NCBI RefSeq assembly: GCF_006345805.1 | Contig: NC_042997.1 | Coordinates: 128,836,001-128,900,000, forward strand | From: Octopus sinensis | Lineage: Eukaryota | Length of the DNA stretch: 64,000 nt | Direction: 5' to 3' | Shown: one piece after another, positions 14,400 through 28,130 of the stretch | How positions within the stretch are numbered: position 1 is the first letter of the stretch | Layout: each line of letters begins with the position of its first letter | The notes under the pieces: model-generated | The model's input: the letters and a program-made list of their open reading frames with translations, nothing else | Told to the model about the DNA's origin: nothing | Database searches by the model: none | Translations under genes and position numbers: made by a program

Positions 14400-14935
14400 A
14401 TCATCACCATCTATCCCTAGCTTCCACATTCCCCATCAGACAAGGTCAGCAAAAGTCGGAAACAGGGGTTTATTTTTGACTAAGTATTTCTCCTGCAGTT
14501 GCCTCACCAGGAAGATAGCATTGGTGGTGCTTCTCCCTGACACAAATCCAAACTGCATCTCATCTATGCCAATTTCTTCTTAATTAACTAAGCTATGACC
14601 CTTTCTGCAACTTTTCTCATCTGATCTAACAATTTGATACCCCTGTAATTATTTCTGTCTAAGGCATCACTTTTGCCTTTGTGGCAGTTGACTATAATGC
14701 TGCTATCATTGGGTATGACCCCTTGTGGACAACCTGCTCAATTATACAGGTGATCAGGTTATATCCCACTCCACCAGCAATTTTAAGCATCTCAGTGGTG
14801 ATTGCTGATGAGCCAGAGGCTTTCCCTGTCTTCATATCCTTAATTACCTTATCTACTAAGCTACTGTCAATTCGAATAGCCGCCCCCTCTATTGGGTCCA
14901 TATAAAGCAGGCTTTCCTTTTCCCATGCATTCTCT
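14400..14935 (-). mobile_element. RTE-clade LINE, reverse transcriptase N-terminal fragment
   Basis: DKVIKDMKTGKASGSSAITTEMLK...KGKSDALDRNNYRGIKLLDQMRKVAERVIA, with downstream frameshifted MQFGF-PG-STT-AI-like text. Confidence 0.85.
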
Positions 14936-15224
14936 AGTTTTTTTTTGTTTTTTTCTTATTTCATTGGAGAAACAGAGGTAATACTTGTGACTGTTGTTCA
15001 TAAACTGTTGTTAACATCTCTACCATCATAGCGTTAACTATTTCTTCTTAGAACTTAGTCTCATAGCTCTACCCCTCTTAATTCTGACATTTATAGCACA
15101 AGCAACCATATTTTTGATTATCATAGTACATACTATCATAACTATCACAATTCTAAGTATTATCATTCTCACTATCAAAGTTCTAACAATCATAGTTCTG
15201 ACTATGATATTACTTTTAATGTTT

Positions 15225-15500
15225 AGCACACTAAATACTTTCTATTGTTTTTAGTCCACCAAATACTGTGTTTAGTACTTATTTCACCAAACTCATTATT
15301 TAGTGTAAAGTACACCAAATATTGTGTTTAGTGTCTAATAAAATAAAATGCCATCTTTAGTATTTGACGTTTAGTACATTTAATACTTTGTTTAATGTTT
15401 AATATACTAATGTTTAAAATAATAAATGCTGTTTTTTTGTATTTAGTATGGTAAATACTTTGTTTAAAATTCAGTAGAATAAATACTGTTCAGTATTTAA
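15225..15500. repeat. Degenerate ~22-bp satellite (CACCAAATACTGTGTTTAGTA) just upstream of the first exon
   Basis: Repeated CAAATA(C/T)TGTGTTTAGT; related units at 13741 and 14195-14300. Confidence 0.7.
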
Positions 15501-15627
15501 TATTTCAGTTTCTAATTGTCCAGTTTCAATTTAGAATCATCTCTTTTTTGAAGCATGAAAACTTCCACCAGTTACTGATACTCATCTATGAAATCAAAAA
15601 CTAAACTACCATGTTGCTCTTTTATAG

Positions 15628-15756
15628 GTACGTTTTCTGGGCTGACCAAGGAACTAAGCAAATTGAGCGTTCTCAGTTAAATGGTAATCACCGGCGAGTA
15701 TTAATTGATTCAGATTTGCACTGGCCAAATCAATTGGCAATCAGTCCTGCCACCAG
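15628..15756 (+). CDS. LRP-type YWTD/EGF receptor, first exon seen in window (129 nt, phase 2-2)
   Basis: tttatag|G acceptor, AG|gtgagt donor; YVFWADQGTKQIERSQLNGNHRRVLIDSDLHWPNQLAISPATR is a YWTD-type repeat; not in the ORF track (no ATG). Confidence 0.92.
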
Positions 15757-15856
15757 GTGAGTTAAATTGTTTTACAATTGATGTTTGCTGGCAAAACATA
15801 CTCCTTTTTAATACAATTTTCATCCTTTCCTTCCTCCCTCCCTCTCTCTCTCTTCT

Positions 15857-15923
<67 letters not shown>

Positions 15924-18103
15924 TCACTTTGTCTATCTTAAATACTTGTGGTACCTGAAAATTAGGGAAATAAGAAGGAGTACTAGCTAAATGTCATTTG
16001 CAATTGTTTTGTGCAAATCACTATTGTAACCAGTTCATTGACTGGTCTCAACTTACCTCTATTCAAACTTGTAAAGCTAAGATTGCAATACTTGCAAGGA
16101 CAAAATTCTAGGTTTATATAAGGCTAACTCAATAATCTGCAATTCATGTATTTTCCTCTTTGATGAAAAGGACATATTACTGGGCATTCTGCTGCAAAAA
16201 TGAGAATATCAAGCTAGATGCCCAATGTGTTAAATATTTATTACCACCAATATTATAATAGTATTTATTGCTGTAAAGTTAAGATGCTGGATTACTAACT
16301 TTGAGATCATAATGCAAATTTTGTTATGGAAATAGTATTTTTCCATTACTGATCTGATCTCAAATAGGCATCAATTTCTATTTCTTGGCTTTCTCTCCTT
16401 TTCTATAGTATCTGAAGACCCCAGTCCAACATAGATCCTCTTATTATGGTAGTGACCACTCATCATAGCCCTTTCTGTGTTACAAATCTCTAAACTCTTA
16501 TCCATAGCCTATCTTTGTTGTTCAAACTACAATCTTTATTCAAAATTACCCTAAAATTTCACTCTCCCTTGGGTATAAGCAATACTCTAGTTCATCTCTC
16601 CCTCTCTACTCGCCCAAATGCATTTATCACTCTTTGAACTCATTCAACTACCAACAGCTCTTTCACCATACTTCTTCCTGTATTGAGGACATATGCCTCA
16701 CTTTGTTCCCATTTTATTACCTTCAATAATACAAAGATATTATCACTGCACATTTCAATCAGAGTGAGACAGAAAGAAGAGGAAAGTTGAGGGAACAGAC
16801 AAAGAGAAAATGAAGGATAAGGATATCAGAAACTGACATTTTGGTATCTCACACTAACATTCCTACTCTCCAACCAATCCATTACAACTATCAGTCAATA
16901 TATCTTTCTTGAATCCTCCATGATTTATAACAAGAGGACCTCCGACCACAGATTTTTCTTTTTGTCATACATTGTTGTAAATGATTTCGGAGTTCTGTGC
17001 AAAGCTACATTTTGAAATAATGATGATGTATCAAGACAGATAACTATCAATGCTCATAAAAATATAGACTTCTCTTCAGTGACATATAAATTTCTAACAA
17101 GATCTGTATACTCATCTCATCTTCCATATCATCTTAAATTTTCATTAGGACTTCTTCACAATGTAAGCAATGTTGTACGCTCAACACTCACCACTTTATC
17201 TTTACCATTTATCCCTATTCATGGCAAAATTAACAGCTTCATTAAATTTAATATTGCCTCCAGCTAGATCAGTATTAAGTTGGAAAATGTCTTTTGCAAA
17301 GCTCCTCTAACACATTTAGGTCTGGTAACTTGATTTATGTAATCCAAAATATTGACCTCCATATCACGATATGACATTATGTCATCTCATATGGTATCAT
17401 TTTAATCATAGCCTTATATGTCATACTATTTTACTGCACACCATATTAAACTATACCAACCATATCAGAGTTCAATAACCTGTTAATACTTTATCATGTA
17501 TATCATACCAGATCATGATGTGCATTGTTATATACATACCACCATCATCATTATTGTTGTTTAATGTCTGCCTTCCATGCTAACACTATATACTGTTTTA
17601 GAATATTTATCTTACGGTATATAATATCATATCTTGCTATATACCATACCACTTTACACAACATACCTTGCAATATGCCATTCCACTTCATACAACAGTA
17701 TACTATTATGTACCATTCCCCTTCAAACAATAAGATATCTTACTAATATCCATACTATTTCATACAATGCCACAACTTGCTATGTAACATATTTTTCTGT
17801 ATATAATTCTAAATCATATAATATAATTCTTTTTTGTTTGCCATATCATTATTCTAGAAAATGGTAAAGTTATAATGTATAATATATGATTCAATACCAT
17901 TCCCAATACAAGAACATGTGAAAACAGCCCAGGTGTCTACTCTAAAACCAGTTTGTGATTAAGGGAACATTTAACTAGTAGAATTATTCATAACATAATA
18001 ATACAAATATCTGAATAAAGTAATTTTTTTTAAAGCACAAAGCATATATTTTCCAATATATCTATATACTCGAATCTTTATCAACTTGTATTTCTATCCT
18101 CAG

Positions 18104-18387
18104 ACGCCTGTATTGGGTCGATGGAATGAACCACATGATCATGTCATGTGACATGAATGGGAAGAACATAAAGCTGGAGCGGAACACAACAGAGAAAACT
18201 GGCAGCAATGTAATATTTGGGCTTGCTTTATCTGGCAATCGAGCCATTATTAGTGTGTGGTTCCAAGCAAGTCTTTATTCAACACTGGTTGAAGCAGCTG
18301 CTGCTTCTTGGAAAGTGGAATCAGAAATAATTGGCACAAATGAACTATTTAGTATCATTGTTGTAGATGGTTCTGTTCAAGCAACAG
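18104..18387 (+). CDS. LRP-type receptor exon 2 (284 nt, phase 2-1)
   Basis: cctcag|A acceptor, G|gtagag donor; RLYWVDGMNHMIMSCDMNGKNIK...IFGLALSGNRAIISVWFQ...VQAT; overlaps ORF 18126..18458; phase matches both neighbours. Confidence 0.92.
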
Positions 18388-19590
18388 GTAGAGTTGTTTC
18401 TCTTTTTGTTTGTTTGTTTTTGTTCTCTTATATTCTATCTTTTGGCTTACATATTTGACAATTCTCACTTGCAATGTCTTCAGGATTTTAGAAGCTAGGC
18501 CTCATCAGCAATTAATGCAGCTTGGAGGGAATAAACCCAAAGGGCATATTACCAGAGATGTGGCTATAGAAAATTCAAAGATCCCATTTTCAACAATAGG
18601 TCTGTTGATAGTTCAGCACATCAGTTACATTAAAAAATCTTTCACCACTTACCTACACTATATCTAAAACATCTCTAAATCCATGGTGCTACTTGATAAG
18701 CAAGTTTTATTATAGGAAGATCATGAGAAGTAAGCCTCTACATGGTCACTTGGTCTGCTAAAAATAGCACCCAAATACTCCTCAAATTACACTCTACTGT
18801 CTTCAAAAGTGGAGAAAATATTATATTTAGATGCACTATATTATAAAATAAGATGGGGTGGTGATGGCTAGAATGCCTTTGAGTAGAGATCAACTTTATT
18901 AGCTGACCTGGGACTAAAACAACCATGGCTGAACACTTGGCTGAACCATTGCCATCATCATCATCATTTAACAACTGTTCTCTATGCTAGCACAAGTTGA
19001 ATGGTTTGACAAGATCCATGCTCCAAATGTTTTGGCATGCTTTCTACTGCTAGATACCATTTCTAACGCCAACCACTTTACAGAGTGTATTGGGTGCTTT
19101 TCCATGGTACCACCACAAGGAATTAAGGAGGCTCCTATAAGTGGAGGAGAGTCGGAATGAGGGAGTGTGAGAATGTTATGCAAATTGATGGGGAAGGATG
19201 AAGTATAATGAGAGGAACAGATTTATAGCTGTGAGCAGGAAAAAACGATAGCCAGCTCTGATAGTATTATATTGGCCTAAAAATCCATCTGTGCTGGATT
19301 ATGTTATGTGTATGCCTGGTTATGGTCTACAAATCACATCCAAGTGTCTGCACTGTCATGTGTGTTGAAGTGTTCCTGTATCAAGATATATGTTAGTCTT
19401 TATGTTTGCATGTGTCATGCACAATAGCTCTTTATGACAAAAAGCATGACCATTGGTTTATACCTGTGTAATATTCATCTGTACATGTTTATATATGTAT
19501 GAGATTAAGAAAGAGTTAGAGAGAAATTCTCACACATACATGAAATTTGCACACACACACACACATATTATACATTGAAATCTAATCTCT

Positions 19591-19642
<52 letters not shown>

Positions 19643-20602
19643 TCTCTAGTGACCTGCTCATTTAGACGTTTGCATGAATTGTTAGAGCAAATGTTTTACA
19701 GTTGGATGACCTCCTAACTTTAACATCTCAACTGTAAAGTGGTAGTGTGTATCTACAAATCTACAAATATGGTGTGATTGTGTGTGTGTGTGTGTGTGGT
19801 GTGTGTGTGTGGTGTGTGTGTGTGTGTATGTGTGTGTGTATGAGATAGAGAGAGAGATTTGTGTGTATGTGTCTGCATGTTTGTGTATGTATGTATATAT
19901 TTCAGTGTGGCCAGTATGTGAACAGCTGAAATGGTCAGTAACACAGCATGACCAAAATGCTTGTGAAGCAGAAAATTTTGGTCTTGAAAGATCACTAACT
20001 AAACCATGATAGTTGGTTGCTATGACAACTAGAATTATTTCATCTCAAAGACTTCCAGAAACTTCCAAACATGCAATGAAGAGATAATTTAAATTCTATT
20101 TTTTAAAGATTTTTATTTTTAAAGTATATTTTCTTTCTTCTGTGAAACTATGTATGATCTCATTTTTTTTCTCATTTCTGAAATATAGTTCCTTCATATA
20201 TTTAACTTTCTTATTCAATAGTCTATGACAGCTCCCAAAATATAAGGTTCAGGTTCAACACCAACTTGATTCTCTATACTTGTTTAATTGATTGATTGTA
20301 TGTATGTGTATAGTTTTGTATATTACCCATGTATGTATATATATATATATACATGTCCCTAGGTCACAAAAAAGGCACTCTAAAAGAGAAATAATAGAAT
20401 GGTTTTGGCCAGCATGTATTACCAAGTACAACTGTCAGCACAAGACTACCGATAACATTCTGACTTGTGTGCCATAACCAGTAATAAACAACTCAACAAT
20501 ATAAACTGTGTGTGCATGCATGTGTTCTTAATGAAATATTTATTCATTGTATTAATTATTAGAGTAATATTTCTAATTTCACTTTTTTTTTTATTTCCAT
20601 AG

Positions 20603-20740
20603 TTTACCAACATCCATGCAGTCAACCAGGAAATGGTGGCTGTTCTCATCTGTGCATGCCAAAAGGAGGTATCAAATATATATGTGTTTGCCCATCATTT
20701 GGAGGTTTGGCTCTTTCCAAAGACAAAAAGACATGTGAAG
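20603..20740 (+). CDS. LRP-type receptor exon 3, EGF-like domain (138 nt, phase 1-1)
   Basis: ttccatag|TT, G|gtaaac; YQHPCSQPGNGGCSHLCMPKGGIKYICVCPSFGGLALSKDKKTCE has six Cys in EGF spacing. Confidence 0.95.
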
Positions 20741-21409
20741 GTAAACCATCACCGGTCATAATATTGTTGATATTGATTTACCTTTTTGTATGTGTGTATC
20801 TATGTAGTGTGTTGTGTGTTTATACAAACATTTGTGTCAGCCAGTGTTTTTATATGTGTCTGCATATCGTTTATGTATGACTGTGAACATCCGTGTGTTC
20901 CTCTGTGTATATTTGCGTAACCTGCCAACCCATGCCAGCGTGGGACATGGATGCTAAATGACGATGATGGTGATGAGGTTGATTGCATATATTTCTTTGT
21001 ATATGACTGTGAATGCATGTACCTGTGTATATTATAGTGTGTGTATATTATAATGTGTGTATATTCTATGTATATTTGTGTGTGGAGTGTATATTTTCAT
21101 GAATGTATGTCTGCATATGTATCTGTATGTATGTTTGCATAGATGTCCATGTCTATGGTTTGTGTATATAGTTTGTTTATATGTATATTTGTGCTTGTGT
21201 TCTTATATGTGATTTTGTCTTTGTGTTTGTGTGTGAGTGTATGTGAGTATATTGTTATTGTTGGATTGATTATTCTTGAAATATGTTTCCATTAGCATTT
21301 TGAACTTATTTAAAGGTTTTCAAAACAGCAATGTTTGACAAGTCTTTTCTGTAGCTGTAAGGAAGATATTTATGTGTGTGTGGGGGGGAGATATAAATGT
21401 ATGTGTATG

Positions 21410-21465
<56 letters not shown>

Positions 21466-21840
21466 GTGTGGATGAAAGCCCACTGGAACTGAAACCTCCA
21501 CATTGCTCTTGCATTCTGAGTTCAAATTCTACCAAGATCATTTTTATCTTTCATCCATCTAGTGCTGATGAAATTAAGTTTCAGTCCAAGGCAGTGGATT
21601 GGCAGAATTATTAGAAAATCAAGCAAGGTGTTATGTGGTATCTGTTGCAACCTTTTGCATTCTAAATTCTTAGGTGGTAAACAACCAGTTTAACACTGCC
21701 ATCTAGTACTTGGATGCTTTTAGTGGAATTCACTCATGCAAACATTTGAGCCAGTCCTACCACTAATCTCAGAGGCCTTGGAAAATATAGAATCATAGGT
21801 GCTGCCTTTCTCTTCCTGATCAAGTCATAGAAATATTACA

Positions 21841-22370
21841 GGCACAGGAATGGCTGTGTTGGCAAGCAGCAATCGGCAGGTGTTGCTTGTTGCCCTCATT
21901 TATCATCATTTTCATTTGTCATTTCATATAACATTATGTCTATGTCCAACCTGCAGCTTCCCTTCTATGTAAGGCCTTTATGGCCAATATAAGGAATAAA
22001 GAAGTTTACTTCCCAGCCACATGGTTCTGCGTTCAGTTACACTGCATGGCACCTTGAGTAAGGATCTTCTGCTATAGCCTTTGGCTAACCAAAGCCTTGT
22101 GAGGGAATTTGATAGGCAGAAACAAAAAGAAGCCCATAATGTGCATGTGTGTGTGTATTTTTGGTTGTGTTTGTCCCCACCACCACATGACAGCTGGTGT
22201 TGGTTTTTTTACATCCCTGTAAATTGGTTGTTTCACAAAAAGAAATCAAAAGAATAAGCACCAAGCTTACAAAAATTAAGTACTGGGATTGATTTCTTCA
22301 GCTAAAACCTTCAAGGTGGTGCCCTAGCATGGTCAGTCTAATGACAGAAACAAGTAAAAGAAGAAAAAAA
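21841..22370 (+). mobile_element. SINE family A with 135-bp insertion in the head
   Basis: Head GGCACAGGAATGGCTGTGTTGGCAAG is split from AAGTTTACTTCCCAGCC by unrelated sequence at 21867-22001. Confidence 0.7.
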
Positions 22371-22947
22371 TTATATTACATATATCCAGTGAAATCTCAC
22401 TGCCAGATTAAAGTTTTTATATCAGCACATGTTAATTTTGTTACATTCTATTTAATACTATCACATGTGCAGTTTGTGCCTCAAATATGTTATTTTGTTT
22501 TGATTTGGTCCTGAAGTCTGTCTCTCTCTCTCCCCATTACACAATCTAAGAGTGGTGACAAACATCCAATTTGTTCAGATCATTTCCAAGGGTCTTTATG
22601 TGTTTACTCACCATCCTTACGGCTCATAATTAGATCACACCTATTATTGATTTAACCTCAGACTGAACGATGAAAACATGTTGACAGCAGATTTTTAATA
22701 TTTTTATTTTCTCTCAGTGATACTTTTTATACTTACATGTTTCATTTTGCTTAAATGTAAACAAAAAGGCACCACTCAACTTAGTTGAGTGTAACTCAGG
22801 ATAAGGGCTACATGGACCCAAACACAGAAGACAATCTAAAGAAGGGAGATATAGAAGTTACAAGATCCTTTAACCAGATATAGGTTCAAAAATAACAAAA
22901 TAAAATTGCACCTCATACAAAAGAGATTGCAAAGTATGTCAAAGTAT

Positions 22948-23335
22948 GCAAGAGTGGCTGTGTGGTAAGTAGCTTGCTTACCAACCACATGGTTCCAAGT
23001 TTATTCCCACTGCGTGGCACCTTGGGCAAGTGTCTTCTACTATAGCCTCGAGCCAACCAAAGCCTTGTGAGTGGATTTAGTGGACAGAAACTGAAAGAAG
23101 CCTGTCGTATATATGTATGTGTAAGTATATGTTTGTGTGTCTGTGTTTGCTCCTCCAACATCGCTTGACAACCGATGCTGGTGTGTTTACATCCCTGTAA
23201 CTTAACAGTTTGGCAAAAGATACCGATAGAATAAGTACTAGGCTTACAAAGAATAAGTCCTGGGTTGATTTGCTCAACTAAAAGGTGGTGCTCCAGCGTG
23301 GCCGCAGTCAAATCACCGAAACAAGTAAAGAGAGT
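22948..23335 (+). mobile_element. tRNA-derived SINE family A, full-length young copy
   Basis: A-box TGGCTGTGTGGTAAG, B-box-like GGTTCCAAGTTTATTCCC, body ...GAAACTGAAAGAAGCC..., tail AAACAAGTAAAGAG; highly similar to copies at 48626, 49561 and 50861. Confidence 0.85.
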
Positions 23336-24760
23336 ATGCATATGCAATAAACAAGAAAAGAAACAAAGTGCAATATGTAGAATGGGTTAAAATGTAATTT
23401 TTATTTATTTCAAATAAGGTCTCTCACAAAGGATTGAAAGCCACCTAGGAAAGATCAAAGGCCCAAACAAGCTTTTACTTCAAGCACTTTCCTTTTCCAA
23501 ATGCAACAGCCAGACAGAAACTCAGCACTGGCCCACTCATGCACATTAGTTTCACAACTTGCACTTACCTTTTATCAAATTTTCTTTGAGCTCAGCAAGT
23601 CCCTCTCCACTCTCACATCCCACTGTGAGTAATACTTAGAGAAGTTAATGAGAGTTTGGTTTTATAAAGAGAGACAAGAGTCCTTTCCTCAACCCTTTCA
23701 AATGGCATCAACCTCTTTCACCCAAATTGCAAGCATAGAGTGGAAACTGCTTGCCCATCTTTCAAGAACAGGCAAGTAATCAAACAACTCAATTGATGGC
23801 CAGATATTTCCTATACATCACCACAGTAGTTTTCTATAATAAGTCTCATTGATATAATGACAAACCTGCATCTTGGACAGGCCCAACTGATGGTGCATCA
23901 GCACTTGTAAAGCTTATCCTAATCTAGCAACACCCCAGCCTCTCCCTCCTGCTAGCTCTGCTAGGCTACAGATGTTTACAAGTCTTACAATATGTTTTTG
24001 TCATTCATACTCATTAAAATCACTGTTGTTGCTCAACTACACATGATGCAATTCCCTCGCTAATCATTAACTACCCCACCTCCTCATAACACATTTATTA
24101 CGTACTCAATTTATAGAATGATATCAGTGTTCTTAAGGTTTTTACTATTGACAAAGTATTGACTTTCTTTTCTATTAAAATAAATATCTTATGTATGAGA
24201 GTGTGTGTATACATATAGGTATGCACATGTATGTATGTGTGTGTGTGTGTGCATATGCATATAATACTTACATACACTTGTATGTGTAGATTCACAACCA
24301 CACTTCATACACACACACACACACACACCATATGCATATAAGATATTGTTCGGTAAAATAGGAATAACTGAGGAAGCCATTAAAAGCTTAAGCTGAAATT
24401 CTAAGTCGTTAAACAGTGTTTTCATCTAATTTTCCCTCCAAGTCAACTTTTTTAGCTTCACTTAAAGAATTTGCACAGTTTGTAGTTAATGTTTCAGTAA
24501 TCTGTCATCTATGTTTAATGAGGCAAGCTACGGCTCTGCTCCCTCTACATCTGCAGGTTCTCCTTGCTAGGATATAGTTAATCGTTTTTGCCTAGTAATT
24601 ATGCTTTTAATATTTAAAACTATATATCCTGAAATCAATATATATATATATATGTATGTATGTGTTTGTACACATACGTATACCCATGCATATGTATACA
24701 CACTGTACACACATATATATTTATATACATATTTATGTGTGTGTGTGTATATACATATAT

Positions 24761-24803
<43 letters not shown>

Positions 24804-24926
24804 CAAGTGCTATATGGACACAGACTATGTCAATAGTCAGCTGGAAAAGATGTTCTCTTGGGGCTAAAACAACAGTAACATCATCCTTTATAGGACTGCC
24901 ACATTCTATTGGCATATTAACTTTAC

Positions 24927-24980
<54 letters not shown>

Positions 24981-25379
24981 GCACTTATTTTATGCCATCT
25001 TTCCATGCTGGCATTGGTTGGACAGGTTATCACAGTCTAAGTAATTTCTTATTTGGAGTCACTGCTCTCATAGTCTGGTGTTCATACTTGTCATTTGGTT
25101 GGGTTTAAACAGCCAGATGCCCTTCCTATTGCCAGCTGCTTTACAGAATGAATTTGCTGCCTTTCCTCATGACATCAGCACCTGAGAGCTTGATTAAGAC
25201 GTTGGTGAGACAAGAACTAAAGGGATCTCACAATGGCTTTCTCCACCCAGGAGAGTGATAATAGAAGAAAGGCTAGAATGAGTAATTTAAATAAGTATGA
25301 GTGTTACTGCAGAGAGTATTCAGTAACTTAAGATTTGTACTTTCACTCAGGTGACTGAAGTGGAGAATAGAGAGGAGGA

Positions 25380-25431
<52 letters not shown>

Positions 25432-26355
25432 ATTGATCAACCAGGGCTAGAGCAGAAGTCATTTGTCCATGGTATCTTGCTCTAGAATTGAAACTGAAGC
25501 CAAGTGGTTGCATAGTGAACTTTGGAACCACACAACTATGCCTATTAATATATATAGTTATGTATGTATGTACATCATCAGAAATGGTAGCAACTCTTGT
25601 TTTACATCCATTTCCCATGCTGCCATGCTTCAGATGGTTTGACATACTCTTGCTAACCATTGTGCTCTCACTACTATAAGCTCTTGTACAGGTACCACAA
25701 TAAAATGCACTAAGTGCTATCTGTTAAGTGTGTGGCCAGGAAGTCCTTTTAGTTTTGTTAAAGACATGACAACCTCCCTAGTACTGGCAACTCTAAAAAA
25801 TGCACCCAGTACACTCTGTAAAGTGGTTGCTGTTAGGAAAGGCATCCAGCCATGGAAACCATATCAAAATAGAAATGGAGGCTCAATGTAGTCTTCTGAT
25901 CTGTTCAGTCCTATCAAACCATCCAACTCATGCAACCATGCCATGGAATACAGATGCGAAATGATGATGATCAACATCTCTGTTCAGCCCATGCCAGCAT
26001 GGAAAATGGACGCTAAATGTTGATGATGATGATGATGATATATATATGTATAATTAAGGGCATAGAAAAAATTCTAGCCTATATGCTGAAAATAGATGCT
26101 AAATCATCTAACCACTTGAAAAATCATCACAAAGTTACATACAGGTTGAAATCAAGGGAGCAAACCAATGGAAATTAATAACAATATTTCTGGATTTGCC
26201 CAAAGGTTTTTCTTCATCAGCAGAGCATACGTATGGGAAATAAATGAGATATTTATAAATACCTACAGGAAAAATTGAAAAATATATATTAAAAAAATTT
26301 ACAGAATGAGATAAAAATCCAAGGCTGTGAAAGATTTCAGAATATATATAAATAG

Positions 26356-26404
26356 GTCTTAACAGCTGTTTCCAGGATATTTTATATCTCCCTTCATCAG
26401 AGAC
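26356..26404 (-). ncRNA. Degenerate minimal type I hammerhead ribozyme (Penelope-like terminus)
   Basis: Minus strand GUCU-CUGAUGA-AGGGAGAUAUAAAAUAUCCUG-GAAA-CAGCUG-UUA-AGAC: core, palindromic helix III and helix I GUCU/AGAC present; one extra nt at each of two junctions. Confidence 0.55.
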
Positions 26405-27692
26405 GGTGTGAGAAAAAATGGTTAAGCAATAGTTATTCTAGATAAGATATGAAATAGAGAGTACAAAAACATATATATACATATTATATAATATTATATT
26501 CATTTACTTATCTTATCATTTAGCCCACCAAACTATCTCATCTTTTTAACTCTGAGCAAGCTGCATCTTTACCATCCTTTTCACTTGACTTCACTTTGAC
26601 CTTCTCCTTCATCCTTCTTTTAAATCCACATATAAAGGCTGCTTTAGACCAAGCTCACCTCACCTACCCAATATTTGCTAACTTTACCCTGTTAGACACA
26701 TCCTGCTCTACTACCAAATAGCACACTCTCTCTCAAGTCATTACCATTGCCACCCAACACCTTCTAGGGCATCCTTTAACCTTTCTTTTTCTCACTGCAT
26801 TCACTTGCTGCTCCCACCCTTTTTTTCTCACTGTCCTCTCCACAACCACCTCATCTGAGAAGCTTTCTCTGCATCCACATTTGGTATAATGGTTGGATGG
26901 AATCCTCCGCCTCTCATTGCTTCATTACTCTCACAGCACCCAACCATTGTTCTCCTTGCTCTTCATTCTTTTCCTCATTGTCCCCTCCCCACAGATTCTC
27001 TGCCCCTTATAAAGGTAGGATAGCTTTGGATCTTCTCCCAAAACAACGCACCTCATTGCTTTTCCACTTTGTCCCACCTTTTTTCAATGAACCATGACAC
27101 TAATCCTTTCCCTTTGCCTTGTCCCTTACCATCTTCCTTTCCCATTACTGTCCACTCTGTTACTCTTTCCACTACCACCTTCTTACAACTTTACATCTGT
27201 TCATCCCTCACCATCCTCATCACACCCTCTCTCATCTTCTTTCCTTCAATAATAAAAGCCACTTTAGACCCTCAGTCTTGCAAGTTGCAAGGTGGTCTCA
27301 TTAGTGTTGGTGTCATGTAAAATAGCACCTGGTATACTTTGTAACAATGGTTGGCATTAGGAAAGGCATCCACCTATAGAAACTATACCAAAGCAAACAC
27401 GGGAGCAAGCTGTCAACCCATACCAGTGTGGAAGATAGATAAAATGATGATGCTATATATACATGTATGTGACCCGATAGTTTGAACTATACATTTGCTA
27501 AGTGTTTTAGGTGCCTATCTAGTTGTGAGTATGCAGACACACCCTCTCAGCCCTCCAAAACTTGACTAATTGGAACATCAAGTGCAGCAGCCAACCAGCA
27601 CTAATTTTCAGCCGATTAGACTGAAGCAACATGAAATGAAGTGCCTTGCTCAAGAACACAACACAGCTGATCCATCCACTCATCCATACATA

Positions 27693-28130
27693 TACAGTAC
27701 CTCGCAAAAGTCTTCAGCCACTTTAAACCATTGTAAATTTCTACTAATTGCTGACTTATAAGTGGATGTACATTGTTAATATTTCATGTGGCTTCCCTTA
27801 GCTTGAATAATTGCTTCAATGCACCTGGGAAGAGATGCGTACAATTCCTTCACCATCTTCACAGGTTTGAGATGTCATACTCTGATATGGAGCTTCCCAC
27901 AGCTCTTCAAGATTGCATGGATTCTTCAGACAAACTCTTCTCTTTAGTTCTGTCCACATTTGCTCGATGATATTTAAGTCAGGGCTCTGAGCTGGTCAAT
28001 CTTTCAATACTGTAACACCATCATCAGCCAAGCTCTGTTGTGTTGCATGCGACACATCCACTTATAAGTTGGCAACTGGTAGAAATTTACAATAGTTTAA
28101 AGTGGCTGAAGACTTTTGCACAGTACTGTA
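27693..28130 (-). mobile_element. Tc1-family non-autonomous deletion derivative (438 bp)
   Basis: TA duplications; ~85-bp TIRs CAGTAC(c/t)..GCAAAAGTCTTCAGCCACTTTAAAC...CTTATAAGTGGATGT; internal PAQSPDLNIIEQMWTELKRRV...SLPRCIEAIIQAKGSHMKY* is a Tc1 transposase C-terminus. Confidence 0.9.

Noticed and set aside
16200-17340. Possible decayed CR1/L2-like LINE (also 23400-23900, 26520-27290, 35800-36300, 53460-54050)
   Set aside because: Only faint motif resemblance; family and boundaries cannot be supported without a search.
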